From positions 110,176,001 through 110,240,000 of the forward strand of contig CM059432.1 of assembly GCA_030390025.1 (NCBI GenBank): DNA of 64,000 bases, read 5' to 3'. Position 1 is the stretch's first letter. Every line of letters begins with the position of its first letter. The position numbers were made by a program, and so were the translations under genes. The notes beneath the pieces were generated by a model. The model ran no database searches. It was not told the DNA's origin and worked only from the letters and a program-made list of their open reading frames with translations. This document shows positions 1 through 12,054 of this stretch, one piece after another. This DNA is from Squalus acanthias (taxonomy: Eukaryota).

Positions 1-348
1 GATTTTCTCTTACTCCGTCGACAAGTGTTTGATTTTTGCTCAGCACTTTTCCGCTGAGACATGGTGGAGATAAAGGAATATGCCACGTGTGAAATGGTAG
101 GGTGTCTTCTCCCTCCCATTCTGTAGCGCAATGCAGTGGAGCAGCAACTCTAATAGTTGTAATCAAAGGTTTTCCATGTGGAACATTAACCAGTATTTCT
201 CTTTCCAGCACAAAATGTGATGGACTGAATGGCCCTCTTCTGTGCCGTAAATTCTATGATTAAGACATCTGCATATTTCCAGCATTTTATATTTCTAAAT
301 TCAGTTGACCACCATTGGCAGTTTTTCTCTTCTCTGCTGATTAGATAG

Positions 349-943
349 ATCATAGACTAGTACAGCACAGAAGGAGGCCGTTCGGCCCATCGAGTCTGCA
401 CTGGCTCCTTCGAAGAGCAATCCAGTTAGTCCCACCTCCCCCGCTCTTTCCCCATACCCCTGCAGTTTTTTCTCCTTCAAGTATTTATCCCATTCCCTTC
501 TGAAGGCTACTATTGAATCTGTATCCACTACCCTATCAGGCAATGCGTTCCAAATCGTAACCACTCGTTGCATAAAATTTTTTTCCTCATGTCACCTCTG
601 GTTCTTTTGCCAATCACCTTAAATCTGTGCCCTCTGGTTATCGATCCTTCAACCATTGGAAACAGTTTCTCTTTATTTACTCTATCTAAACCCTTCATGA
701 TTTTAAATACCTCAAATCTCCTCTTAGCTGTCTCAGCACTAAGAAGAACAACCTCAGCTTCTCCAGTCTATCCATGTAACTGCAATCCTTCCTCTCTGGG
801 ACCATTCTAGTAAATCTCTTCTGTACCCTCTCCAAAGCCTTCACATCCTTCCTAAAGTGTGGTGCCCAAAATTGGGCACAATACTCCAGCTGGGGCCAAA
901 CTGGTGTTTAGCATATAGGTTTAGCATAACTTCCTGGCTTTTG
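349..943 (-). mobile_element. CR1 LINE 3' end (ORF2 C-terminus plus 3' UTR)
   Basis: QRVVTIWNALPDRVV...KLQGYGERAG motif and the gggccgaa-cggcctcct stem-loop tail. Confidence 0.9.
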
Positions 944-1245
944 GGGCTAATAATTAACAGGCGCAGGGATCATGATGCGCGATCAGCCCACGTTCGTTAA
1001 AAGGAATACAGGCAGCACGCGACCTTCATGCTGCCTGCTAATTACAATGATTGCAGTATACAGCCCAGCGCTTAACGTGCTGCTGAGTGGCTGAACGCTC
1101 AGCAGGGGGCCAAAGTTTGTACGAGGCTAGCTCCAATTAAAGCAGGGCTCCACTTCTTAAAGGCAGTCTGCACCTCTTAAAGGGGAGGTGCATTCTGCCT
1201 GCAGCAGCTGCTGGAACTGGTTGTGGAGGCAAGTGTGACTGATTA

Positions 1246-2718
1246 ATGGATCAACAGACCAGAGAAAGGGCATCAAGGTTCTCAGAAGCAGCAATAGAGG
1301 TCTTAGTACAGGGGTTAGAAAGGAGAAGACAGGTCCTCTATCTGCAGGGGGCCAGGAGGCCCTCAAGACACACACTGCGAAGGTAGTGGGAGCAGGTAGC
1401 CGAGGCGGTTACTGCAGCAGTATTGTCCCGAGGAAATGGATGTAGTGCCGAAAAAAGTTTAGTGACCTCATACGAGTGGTCAAGGTCAGTGAATGCATCA
1501 TCAAATGTCATCTCCCCCCAACTGCACCGCTAGCCTCACACACTGCTCAATGCACCACACCCCCAGCACTCATCTACCAATAATCTCTAGCAATCACGAC
1601 TCATACCTCACATTCAGCTCACCCTCACACACTTACCACTACTCCAACACTCACAACCACATCTCACACCTTGCACACTGCCAGCTATTCAACCATAACA
1701 GGCACTTCACCCAGACACATTGCACCACACTCACTGACACACTTCACCCAGACACATTGCACCACACTCACTGACACACTTCACCCAAACACATTGCACC
1801 ACACTCACTGACACACTTCCTTCTCTCTTGCAGGCCAAGGTGGCTCACAACTGCAGGCAGCAGCTAACTGGTGGGGACAGACAAGCCTGCATATCCTGAC
1901 CCAGCTGGAGCAGATGGTACACGACATTATTGGAGGGGCTGTCACTGAGGATGTGGCGAGCAGCGAGGCTGAAACTATTGAAGATGACGGCATGCTCATA
2001 CCTAATTCTCCTTCTCACATCCCACTTCCCCCTCATCCCACAATCTCTTCTCACTTACAAGCTGCTGATGGTGTAAGCATGGATATCTTGCTTTCCACCC
2101 CTCTCCTCACCACAACCCGTCCTTTGTGTCTTTCTCTTTTCAGATACCGAAGAAGTCCAACCAGCCCAGCCTGTGCAGGAAGAACAAGAGGAGGAGAGTG
2201 ATGGAGAAGAAGAGACACCATCACTCGATCTCAGACTCGCAGGCACCAGCTCAGAAAATGGCACTACGCGCACTTTAGAAGGTAGTAGTGTTGAAAGGGG
2301 TTTACAGGGTGTCACAGCAGTCCAGCATTCTGTCCTCCAACAGATTACTAGGAATGCTGAGGCGCCGCCCCGGGGGAGTGGCAGTGACTTCGTGGAGCAA
2401 GAACCTGCTGTCCTCTCTCAGGATGACAGCATTCATCCTCCCACCACTGCCACTCCACCAGTGCCCTTGCTGCTGCCTGTTAGCCAGCCAGCCCAGACTG
2501 CTGCCACCCATGCCGAGGTGGTGCAGTCTACAGTCGGGCCTTCTAGGCCCAGAGCTGCTCGAGGTCATCCTGCAAGGCCATCTGTAGTCTCCCCCTCTGA
2601 AAGTCAGCAGCCTTCCACCAGCCATGCTGCAGCCACTGGGGTAGTACTGTGTAGGTGCATTAGGACAGGCAAAGGCACACGGAAGACAGGCACTAAGGGA
2701 ATGCACAAGGGTGATTAG
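1246..2718 (+). pseudogene. Harbinger Myb/SANT-like DNA-binding gene, 3 exons (about 1246-1484, 1834-1989, 2144-2718), disrupted
   Basis: MDQQTRERASRFSEAAIEVLVQG...W.QVAEAV...W..CRKKFSDLIRVVK|gtcagt. Pyrimidine-rich acceptors end at 1833 and 2143. Stops and frameshifts are present. Confidence 0.8.
1703..1819 (+). repeat. 37-bp tandem repeat, 3 copies plus a partial, in Harbinger Myb intron 1
   Basis: Unit cacttcacccagacacattgcaccacactcactgaca starts at 1703, 1740 and 1777. Confidence 0.95.
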
Positions 2719-2887
2719 TTGACTTTAGTATGTAATATTGGATTGATTGATATAAAAATTTGGTTTGGAATGTTTGTTTTGTGGTGGCTTCCATTTCAGC
2801 ATTGTGGCCAAGAGGACGCAGTAATGTTCCATGACAGAGGGATGGTAAGGTGGGGAAGCGTTGAGCAACAAGGATCTGGGGTTTCAT

Positions 2888-3818
2888 TCAGGGGAATTCA
2901 AGTCTGATGATGCGCTCACAGTCAGCCCATCCGGAATGTGAATTTGCAGGCTGCCTCCTCCCTACCTCCTCCTCCTCCTGAGGTGATCGCGGAACCCGTG
3001 GTGGCAAGGGCTGCGCCCTCATGGTGCCCAAGTTGTGGAGGATGCAGCAGATCACCACGAATTGGGACACCCGCTCCGGCGAGTACTGGAGGGCTCCTAC
3101 TGAGTGGTCAAGGCAGCGGAACCATTGCTTCAGCACCCCGATGGATTGCTCGATGGCGTTCCTCATGGCAGCATGGCTCTCATTATGAGTGCTGGCCACG
3201 AGTGGTGGGGTTGCAGAGGGGAGTCATTGGTCAGGTGCAGAGCGGATAGCCCTCGTCGCCGAGCAGCCACCCTCCAGTTCGACGTGGTGGCTGGAAGATT
3301 TCTGGCACAGCGGACTGGCACAGGATGAAGGCACCATGATTGCTGCCAGGATAGCAGGCATTCACCATCATGATGTGCTGGTCATGGTCGCACACCAACT
3401 GCACATTAAGCGAGTGGTATCCTTTGCGGTTAGGGTACATCTCACCATTGAGATACAGCGCCAGCAAAGCCACATGTGTATGTAGTTGGTGGCGCCATGT
3501 TACAGATGTTGCCTGCTCCAGCCTGGAAGGATCCTGACGTGAAGAAATTCAGGGCCATGATCACCTTCACAGCCACTGGCAGCGCTGTCCTTGCCCTGGA
3601 GTGAGGCTGCAGGTCTGGTTGCAAGAAGTGGCAGAATTCTGTGAGCACCTCCTTCGTAACACTGCTCCTGGTTCAGGCTGAGGTAAGAGAATTGCTCTCG
3701 GAAGACGCTTGGTTGGTAAAGCCTCCTGCTGAGAGCCCTTCTTCCCCTCCTCCTGCTCCCTTTGCTCCATCTCCCTGTCATGCTGCAGGCCAAGGGGGAC
3801 GACAACTCAAGCATCCAT
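2888..3818 (-). pseudogene. Harbinger (HARBI1-like) DDE transposase, frameshifted and partly deleted
   Basis: Fragments [81 protein letters not shown]. Confidence 0.92.
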
Positions 3819-4325
3819 GACTGGGAGCAAGTGGTCTGACCAGAACCCTTGAAGTCAGAAGCAAGTCATTTGCAGCACCACTCTCTGTCACCTCACCAAC
3901 TTTAAATAACTCTAGAAAGCTCCAAACATTTCCACAAAATTACACAGAACCAGTAGAAATTAATCAGCAACTGACCTTAGGGTGGTTGTTGATCACTTTA
4001 AATATCGCTGGCAGGGGGTCCTTGCAGCTGCTGAACGCATGTTCAGTTGTGCGAGGTTAACACAGCGGCAGTTCCAGCGTTGAGGATGAAAATGGCAGCA
4101 CTGACGTCAAATCAGTGTTGCACGCTGCTTGATGTCACGATCTGCCTACTCTATAATATAGTTCTGATACACGCTCCCAGTGCCGACGCTAACACCCTCA
4201 CCAAGGTGACGTTCGGCACGGGCCGCATAGAATTGTGCGTGCGCAGCTCAGACCCCATTTTCGACCCCAAAACGGCAACTGTAGCGCCCAAACAACGTGC
4301 ACTACGCATTCGGATTTCTAGGCCT

Positions 4326-5735
4326 CCCATTAACACTACTCTCTAGTTCTTGCACCTCTCAGTAATTTCCCTGCAAATCTGCTCCTCCATCTCCTTCCCA
4401 CTGTTTGGTGGCCTATAAAATACACCAAGTAGTGTAACAGCTCCTTTATTGTTTCTTAACTCCAACTAAACAGATTCTGTCTTTGATCTCTCAAGGACAT
4501 TCTCTCTTTCTGGCACTGGAATATTTTCCTTAATAAAACTGCCACCCCTCCTCCTTTTTTCCTTCCCTTTCTTTCCTGAATACCTTGTACCCAGGAATAT
4601 TAAGCATCCAATCCTCTCTTTTTTTGAGCCAGGTTTCAGTTATCGCCACTACATCATATTCCCACCTGGCTATTTGCGCCTGCAGCTCACCAGCCTTTTT
4701 AACCACACTTTGTGCATTTTCACACATGCACTCCAAACCTAACTTTGACCTCTTTGCATTTTCTATGATCCCACCTAATTCAGTATTATTTCTAACTCTA
4801 ACTGTCCCTCCCAGTCCTCTGTACACCTTGTTTCTACTTTTTAAATACTACGTCTTGGTGCCCAACGCCCTGCCAAATTAGTTTAAACCCTCCGCCACAC
4901 ACTAGTTAACCTGCCTGCGAGGATACTGGTCCCAGCTTTGTTCAGGTCCAGCTCTGTTCAGGTGCAACCCGTCCATCTTGAACAGGTCCCTCCTGCCCCA
5001 GAACTGGTCCCAATGTCCCAGGAATCTGAAGCCCTCCCTCCTGCACCATGTCTCCTAGCCACCCATTAACCTGCCATATCTTCCTATTTCTATTCTCACT
5101 AGCGCGTGGCACTGGGAGTAATCCAGAGATTACTACTTTTGAAGTCCTGCATTTAAACTTCCTCCCTAGCTCCTTAAACTCTGACTGCAGGACCTCAACC
5201 CTCATCATCCCCTATGTTGTTGGCTCCAACATGGATCCCGACTTCTGGCTCTTCCCCTTCCCCCCACAGAATGTTCTGCACCCTCTCCGTGATGTCCCTT
5301 ACGCTGGCACCAGGGATACAACATACTAGACGGGTCTTACATCGACGGCAGCAGGACTGCCTGTCTTTCCCCCTGACTATCGAATCCCCAATTATTACTG
5401 AGTTCCTACACTTTGCTGTACCCGCCTGTGCAGTCCTTTGGCTCACTGTGCAGGCACGGGACTGCACTCCTTCGAGGTGTTGTCACCCTCACCGGTATTC
5501 GGTTTGAGTGTGTCACACTCCGGGAGGATTCTGGCACTGCCTGCCTCTTCCGACCATTACGGGTGCCCACCCACTTGCTATTCTGAACTCTATCTGGCTG
5601 AGGGGTGACCATCTCCTGGAACCTGTGATCCAGGAAACATTCAGCCTCCCGTATGCCCCGCAGTGAATCCAGCTGCCCCATAAGCTCAGAAACCCTCAGT
5701 GTGAGTTCGAGCAGCTGGAGGCACTTCCTGCACAT
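4326..5735 (-). mobile_element. CR1 LINE 5' part: ORF1 (Cys-rich N-terminus plus SGNH esterase) and start of the ORF2 APE endonuclease, decayed
   Basis: CRKCLQLLEL, VIIGDSIVRG, IHVGANN and VVISGLLPVP in ORF1; YDVVAITETWL in ORF2. Confidence 0.9.
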
Positions 5736-5897
5736 GTGGATATTAGGTCAGCTCCATCACACTTACAAACATCTCAAACCAGAGAGCAATGTCAGCGGTG
5801 CTGTATTTAAATAAAAATACAATTCAAAAGAAAGCAACAAAAAGACAAAAAGGATGGGGGTGTGGCGAGACTCTGACGGAGCGAGATGAAGAGCCGA

Positions 5898-6160
5898 TTG
5901 GCAAAAGAACCAGAGGCGACATGCGGAAACATTTTTTTATGTAGCGAGTTGTTGTGATCTGGAATGCGCTGCCTGAAAGGGCGGTAGAAGCAGATTCAAT
6001 AATAACTTTCAAAAGGGAATTGGATAAATACTTGAAAGAAAACATTTACAGGGCTATGGGGAAAAAGCAGGGGAGTGGGACTAATTGGATAGCTCTACCA
6101 AGGAGCCGGCACAGGCACAATGGGCCGAATGGCCTCCTTCTGTGTGGTATGACACTATGA
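5898..6160 (+). mobile_element. CR1 3' fragment
   Basis: IWNALPERAVEADSI...; gggccgaatggcctcct tail. Confidence 0.85.
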
Positions 6161-6421
6161 GACATCAGTAGAATGAGAGGTTCAGCAGACTGAGGAGTCA
6201 ATGGCTTTGAGAGTTGTAGCGTTGAAGCAACAGGTGCTAAGGAGCCCAATTTTGCAGCCCCCATCTCACAAACCCACTTCTCCACCACCAGCATCACAGC
6301 CTCAACACCTTGCATCCACCTTCACTCTACACTGACATTCACATAGCCCACAATATTGCATCCTTCACGGGCACTACTCACACCTCAGACACATCGCACA
6401 GCTCTTCAACAATGTGAGGCA

Positions 6422-6423
<2 letters not shown>

Positions 6424-6469
<46 letters not shown>
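6424..6469 (+). repeat. (CA)n microsatellite
   Basis: About 23 CA units. Confidence 0.97.
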
Positions 6470-6471
<2 letters not shown>

Positions 6472-7119
6472 CACAAATACACCTGTCAATACACTCATTC
6501 ATAATCACCACTCTTTCTCTTTCAGGACAAGATAACAGGCGCCAGCAGGACCTGACCGGGGGAAGGGGAAGCAAGACTCCATGAGATCACTCACTTCCCT
6601 TGAGGAGGCAGTGCTGGCCGTGATTGGGAGGGGAGTGGGAGACGCTGTGGCCAGAGGCAGAGCAGGGGACCTATCGCCTAGAGGTATGTGGCCACTCCAG
6701 CTTCCTTACATAGTCACAACTATTCCTGATCCCTCATCCCCCAAACCTATCCTCACTCCCAAGTTCCATATGGTCTCATCACACACATCCTCCAACAGTG
6801 GCCACACACGCTGTACCCTGACCCTTCCAGCTTTATCATTGCAGGCTCCCAGGAGCAGGAACCACCTCGCCTCCTGGAGGAACTGGAAGAGGAGGAAGAG
6901 CCACTGCACCCCCCCGAGGAGGAGGAGAGCGAGGAAGATGGCACTGTGTCAATCGCTACCACTGTTGCAGGAACCAGCTCAGAGACCGGCACCATGTGTA
7001 ACTTAGAGGCTCGCGTAGAACACGGATCTTCACAGTGGGACGCACTGGGCACTAGTGGGCAGCAGCCATGCAGAGTGGAAGGGACACCACAGCTGCCACT
7101 TGCCAGGGGGCAAGGTCGC

Positions 7120-7870
7120 TTACTAGAATAAAAATAGGACAAAGAGCAATCTAGAATAAAAATACTTAAGTGGAGGAAGGCTATTTTCAGCGAATTACGG
7201 AATATGTAAATTGGAGTCAAAGACTGGCAGCCAGAAATGTAACGAAGCAATGGGCTGCCTTTAAAGAGGAGATGGTTTAGGCACAGTCTAGGGGGAAAGG
7301 GAGGACAACCAAAGCCAGAGCTCCCTGGATGGCGAAGGAGTTCGAGAGTAGGATGAAGCAGAAAAAGGGGGTGTATGACAGATGTCAGCTTGTTAATACA
7401 GCTTGAGAATCAGGCTGAATATAAAAAGTACAGAGGAGAAGTGAAGAAGGAAATAAGAGGGGCAAAGAGACAGTACGAGAATAGATTGGCGGCTAACATA
7501 AAAGGGAATCCAAAGGTCTTCTAAAGGCATTTTAACAGTAAAAGGGTTGTTAGAGGAGCAGTGGGGCCGATTAGGGACTAAAATGGAGATCTATTGGTGG
7601 AGGCAGAAGGCATGGCTGAGGAACTAAATGAGGAAGAGAACTTTGCCAAAGCTATGGTAAACAAGGAGATTGCTGGGATATTGGGGGAGATAAAAATAGG
7701 TAAAGAGGAGGTACTCGAAAGGCTGGCAGTACTTAAAGTGGATAAGTCACCCGGTCCAGAAGGGATGCATCCTCGGTTGCTGAGGGAAGTAAGGGTAGAA
7801 ATTGCGGAGGTGCTGAACACAATCTTCCAATCCAATACAGGGGTGGTGCCAAAGGACTGGAGGATTGCAA
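7120..7870 (+). mobile_element. CR1 ORF2 central fragment (tether region)
   Basis: LKVDKSPGPEGMHPRLLRE...VPKDWRIA. Confidence 0.85.
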
Positions 7871-8570
7871 TCATAGAATCACAGACTAGTATACCACACA
7901 AGGAGGCCATTCGGCCTATCGCGTCTGTGCTGGCTTTTTCGAAGAGCAATCCAGTCAGTCCCACTTCCCCCGCTCTTTCCCCATATCCCTCCAATTTTTT
8001 CTCCTTCAAGTATTTATCCAATTTCCTTTTGAAGGCTACTATTGACTCTGTTTCCACCACCCTATCAGGCAGCGCATTCCAGACCCTAACCATTCGTTGC
8101 GTAAAAAAGTTTTTCCTCATGTCGCCTCTAGTTCTTTTGCCAATCACCTTAAATCTGTGTCCTCTGGTTATCGATCCTTCAGCCATTGGAAACAGTTTCC
8201 CTTTATTTACTCTATCTAAACCCTTCATAATTTGAAACACCTCTATCAAATCTCCTCTTAGCCTTCTCTGCTCCAAGGAGAACAACCCCAGCTTTTCCAG
8301 GCTATACACGTAACTGTAATCCCGCATCCCTGGGACCATTCTAGTAAATCTCTTCTGTACCCGCTCCAAAGCCTTCACATCCTTCCTAAAAAGTGCAGTG
8401 CCCAGAATTGGACACAATACTCCAGCTGGGGCCGATCTAGTTATTTATATAACTTTAGCATAACTTCCTGGCTTTTGTACTACATGCCTCTATGTATAAA
8501 GCCCAGGATCCCATATGCTGTATTAACTGCTTTGTTAACCTATCCTGCCACCTTCAAAGATTTGTGCACA
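7871..8570 (-). mobile_element. CR1 3' fragment
   Basis: RKDVKALERVQKRFTRMVPG...WNALPDRVV, with the tail at 7871-7920. Confidence 0.9.
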
Positions 8571-10873
8571 AACACTGTAGTCATTGCAGCTTTCATGGAA
8601 TGGCAAAGTCTAGCAATGGAAGCTCAGGCAGCTGCCATGGTGGCTCTAAGCTCCTCAGTTGAAAGGGGTTTGCATTGTGTCTCAGCTGTCCCGTGATCTG
8701 TCCTGCAGCAGATCACTGGGCAGGCTGAACAGACACCCCAGGGTAATGGCGTGCGAATCATGGAGCAGGAACCGACTGGCCTCTCTGCAGATGGCAGCAT
8801 TCCTGCTCCCTCCCCCACCACGTTCCCATTGCCCTTGTAGTTGCCTGTCAGCCAGGCAGCCCAGACTGCAGAAGCCCACGCTGAGATGGTGCAGTCTGAG
8901 GTGGGGCCATCACGGCCCACAGCCTCTCAAAGGTGTTCCAGATTCTCAGCAGCCATCCACCTCGCCTGCTGCTGCCACTCGGGCTGCACTTCGAAGCACC
9001 AGAGTAGGCAAGAGCACTGAGGGTAAGCACCAGGGTGAATAGTTTAATATTTGTAAGTGATGTTGGTTGTGTCATGTTTTCATGGTTTGTTTTTGGTATA
9101 GATAAAGAGTGATTATGGTAAATGGGTAGTGCTGGAATTGGTGGTCTTTTTTATTGTGTTCTTTGTGCGGAAGGGGTTGAAAAGATTGAGTGCAGATGGT
9201 GGACTTCTTGATGGCTCCTCAGTCTTGGAAGGTAAGGCATGTGTCAACAGTGCTCCGGCGTCTGATGGTGGAGCACATCTCTCAAAAACGGTCTTCAATT
9301 AGATGGCGGCGGTGAGCGTCCCTCCCAGGTGCGGGCTATCCCACCTGGAACCCTCTGGTGCTCCCCCGGTACTCCTCATCTTCCTCCTCAATGTTCCCTT
9401 TAAGCTGCACGACCGTGCAGCACTCCAGGGGTCCCGCACAGGCGGTGAGCACGCATGTGCACGGCCCAAGAAAAAATTACGAGGAATGTTCTTCCTCCTC
9501 TTGTGGCTCGTGCTTGACAATTGCTGGTGGTTAACAGCTGGTCTCTTCATGATCACCCAAATTGTGGAGCATGCAGCAAGTCACCATGAATCTGGAGCCC
9601 TCCTCGCCCTCTTGTCCCTCTCTCATCCAGCAGCTGGTGCTGCTCTGCCTGGCCTCATATCCTCCTCCAGACCGAGGGGAATCCCTAGCAAAATCCCCAT
9701 GACCAAGCACGCCCTTTCTCCTAGTGACGCCTATAAGGTGTCCAATAAGGTACAGTAGCACAGCGTTTGCTCTCTTTAGGTGAAGTCCTCAGAGAATTTC
9801 CAGAATAAATGTTAATAGAGTGTTGGTGAAGTCTTGACAAAGTGTCCCAGAAAGTCTCCCGAAGTGTCTCGAAAGTCCTCTTCAAACACAGTGTGGTCAG
9901 TGGATCTCCAGCAGCAATTGAACAGTGAAAGTTGAGCATAGCTTTAAGTAGCGCTCGCAATCCTCAGCAACGACTTCTTTACTCCTGTTCAGCTGGTCGC
10001 TGTTAGGAGAGGTCGTTAATTGCAGCGCTAGCCACCAAATGTTGTGCAGCCTCTTTAATGAGCATTAGGAACCAATTTAATCGGTCATCAGTGCCTTAAT
10101 CATCCTCAGGGCGGCTGTTCCTAGCATTAAACTCCTTTACCAAGGTGAAGTCTTTCACTAAAGGCGGGCTAACCAGGCGTTGCTGCTTAAGACTCCACCT
10201 TAGCCAGCTCGAAGGCTCCTTAGCAACTAAAGTATCCGGAGAAAACAGGCTACCCTGCCCCCTCCACCCCACCCCCTTAAGCAGGAGATCTGCAACCTGA
10301 AACAATGGCAAATGGCATTTAACTTAGATAAATGTTGGTAGGGCCAATACAGAATACACCTATCATTTGTTGGGAACAATACTTAGAGGTTGAGAGAGAA
10401 AAAGATCTTAAAGATCTTGGTGTTATTGTGCACAGATCACTGAAGGTTCATGACCAAAGTAGAGAAACTGTAGCTAAAGCCAACAGGGTATTGGAAATAC
10501 TCCTTATCAATCAACAGACACCATTCTGTCACTTTTCAGGCCGCTGGTCAGACTGCATCTGGAGTACTGTGCCCAGTTTTAGTCCCCCCACATGGTGGGT
10601 GATATAGTGGCCATGGAAAATGTCCAGAGAAGAGCTACGAGAATGTTCCTAGCTTAAAGAACCTCAGTTACTCAGATAGGCTCAAGGACTGGGTCTATTT
10701 ACTTTAGAGCAACGTAGACTTAGAGGCAACATGATAGAGGTCTATAAAATAATTAAAGGGCTGGATAGCGTGTTTATTGATAGATTATTTCAGTTTAACA
10801 GGCAGGGGTTTAAACTATGCAAGAGTAAGAAGTCGCACAACACCAGGTTATAGTCCAACAGCTTTATTTGAAA

Positions 10874-10910
10874 TCACAAGCTTTCGGAGCGCTGCTCCTT
10901 CGTCAGGTGA
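10874..10910 (-). ncRNA. Second hammerhead motif (CUGACGA variant), in OXR1 sense orientation
   Basis: Inverted copy of 11008-11044. Confidence 0.72.
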
Positions 10911-11007
10911 AGTGAAGAAATACATATGGGCACAGCATATATAGTCAGAGAACAATGCCAGACGACTCTCTAACTATATATGCTGTGCCCATATGTATTT
11001 CTTCACT

Positions 11008-11044
11008 TCACCTGATGAAGGAGCAGCGCTCCGAAAGCTTGTGA
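11008..11044 (+). ncRNA. Minimal type I hammerhead ribozyme motif
   Basis: UCAC-CUGAUGA-A-GGAGC(AGC)GCUCC-GAAA-GCUU-GUGA: conserved core boxes, stem I UCAC/GUGA, stem II GGAGC/GCUCC, and palindromic AAGCUU in place of stem III. Confidence 0.75.
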
Positions 11045-12054
11045 TTTCAAATAAAGCTGTTGGACTATAACCTGGTGTTGTGCGACTTCTCACTTTTGTC
11101 CACCCCAGTCCAACACGGCATCTCCGCATTATGCAAGAGTAGGCATAGGCTAGATGTTAGGTGGTTCTTCCTTTCCCAGAGAGCAGTGAGTCTCTGGAAT
11201 TGTTGCCAGCTGGTGTGGTGGGTGCTGACTCGCTGCATTGCCTTCACAAGGGAGCTGGACCGGTTCCTGACTGGGGCACAGATCGCATCATAGAGAAGGT
11301 AAGTGTCTTTATAGGTAACACCTGGTCTATGTGATCTCCTGGACTGGTTTTGGTCGCCTGAGCGGGCCGGAGAGAAATTTTCCAGTATTCTTTGCCTTAT
11401 TAGACGGGGTTTTTCTCTGTTTTTTGCCTTTACTCGGAGATGGTATGACTGCAAAGGAATGGGGAGGGGTAGAGATGTCCAGTCATAATGCTCCAGCCAT
11501 CATGAGTATGACGCAGGCTTGGTGTACCAACTGGTCTTTTCCTGCCCGTCAATTTTGTACGTTCGTAAAGCTGATTTGTAATTTCTTATAACAGATTCAT
11601 AAAAGTGGTGTCCCTACTCAAACATCCTCTAAGACACAAAGATAGATAAATACTGAAACTTGTGTACAGACAGGAAACTGAACTCTCAGGTTGGCACACA
11701 CAAAAACAGCTCAGACACAAATTAAATGGTTATTTCATTTTTTTCTGGACTGAAACATAACATTCTCATTGGAATTTATGATTAGCAGTGTTCAATTTGA
11801 CATTTATGGCACCTCCAGGTCTCTCTTCCCCGCCCCCAAATAAACATCCATTTGTCCACTGCTGCATGCAACAAACTAAAAACAAAGAAATAAGAAAGTA
11901 TATCTTACATACCTCGCAAATAACAGAGACAACTCAATGAATCATATTTCCCAAGTGCTTCTATGTAACATTTCACAGATACCCATTGCCACATGCAAGG
12001 AAACACTTACTGCACGCACAGTACAAATACAACACAATCAATGAAGGGATTCAT

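Larger units (their letters stand above)
944..4324. mobile_element. PIF/Harbinger DNA transposon relic (convergent Myb gene and transposase)
   Basis: Contains both Harbinger gene types. Termini are degenerate inverted repeats (gggctaataatt / gatttctaggcc). Ends are approximate. Confidence 0.85.
6160..10280. mobile_element. Second Harbinger relic with an internally deleted transposase; Myb gene split by CR1 insertions at about 7120-8570
   Basis: Plus-strand Myb exon-like pieces at 6526-6683 (LTSLEEAVLAVIG), 6845-7120 and 8570-9042, the last similar to 2270-2718. Minus-strand transposase remnant FMVTCCMLHNL near 9560-9590 joined directly to N-terminal-like sequence. Ends are uncertain. Confidence 0.7.
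10828..11129. mobile_element. Penelope-like element (PLE) inverted pseudo-LTR pair with a 39-nt tail and 12-bp TSD
   Basis: 124-bp inverted arms (10828-10951 and 10967-11090) with a 15-nt spacer and an unpaired tail at 11091-11129. TSD tatgcaagagta at 10816-10827 and 11130-11141. Confidence 0.85.
10290..11570 (+). mobile_element. Decayed CR1 3' portion, interrupted by a Penelope-type palindrome
   Basis: EKDLGVIVHRSLK, HLEYCAQF, VQRRATRM and FLSQRAVSLWN-like pieces in shifting frames. Confidence 0.75.

Noticed and set aside
1703..1819. 37-bp repeats resembling a CRISPR array
   Set aside because: The repeats are head-to-tail without spacers, in a eukaryotic transposon intron.
2888..3818. Domesticated HARBI1 gene
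   Set aside because: It has multiple frameshifts and deletions and sits with a Myb partner inside a transposon, so it is not a host gene.
10806..10820. Another GGGTTTAAACTA that looks like the slippery site
   Set aside because: It lies in the CR1 ORF2 C-terminal 'GFKL' coding remnant, with no ORF1 or stop context. It shows the heptamer can occur by chance and was not counted.
11905..12000. Possible OXR1 exon ending GAG|gtatgt
   Set aside because: The phase-0 frame has a nearby stop and there is no similarity to OXR1 exons that I recognise.
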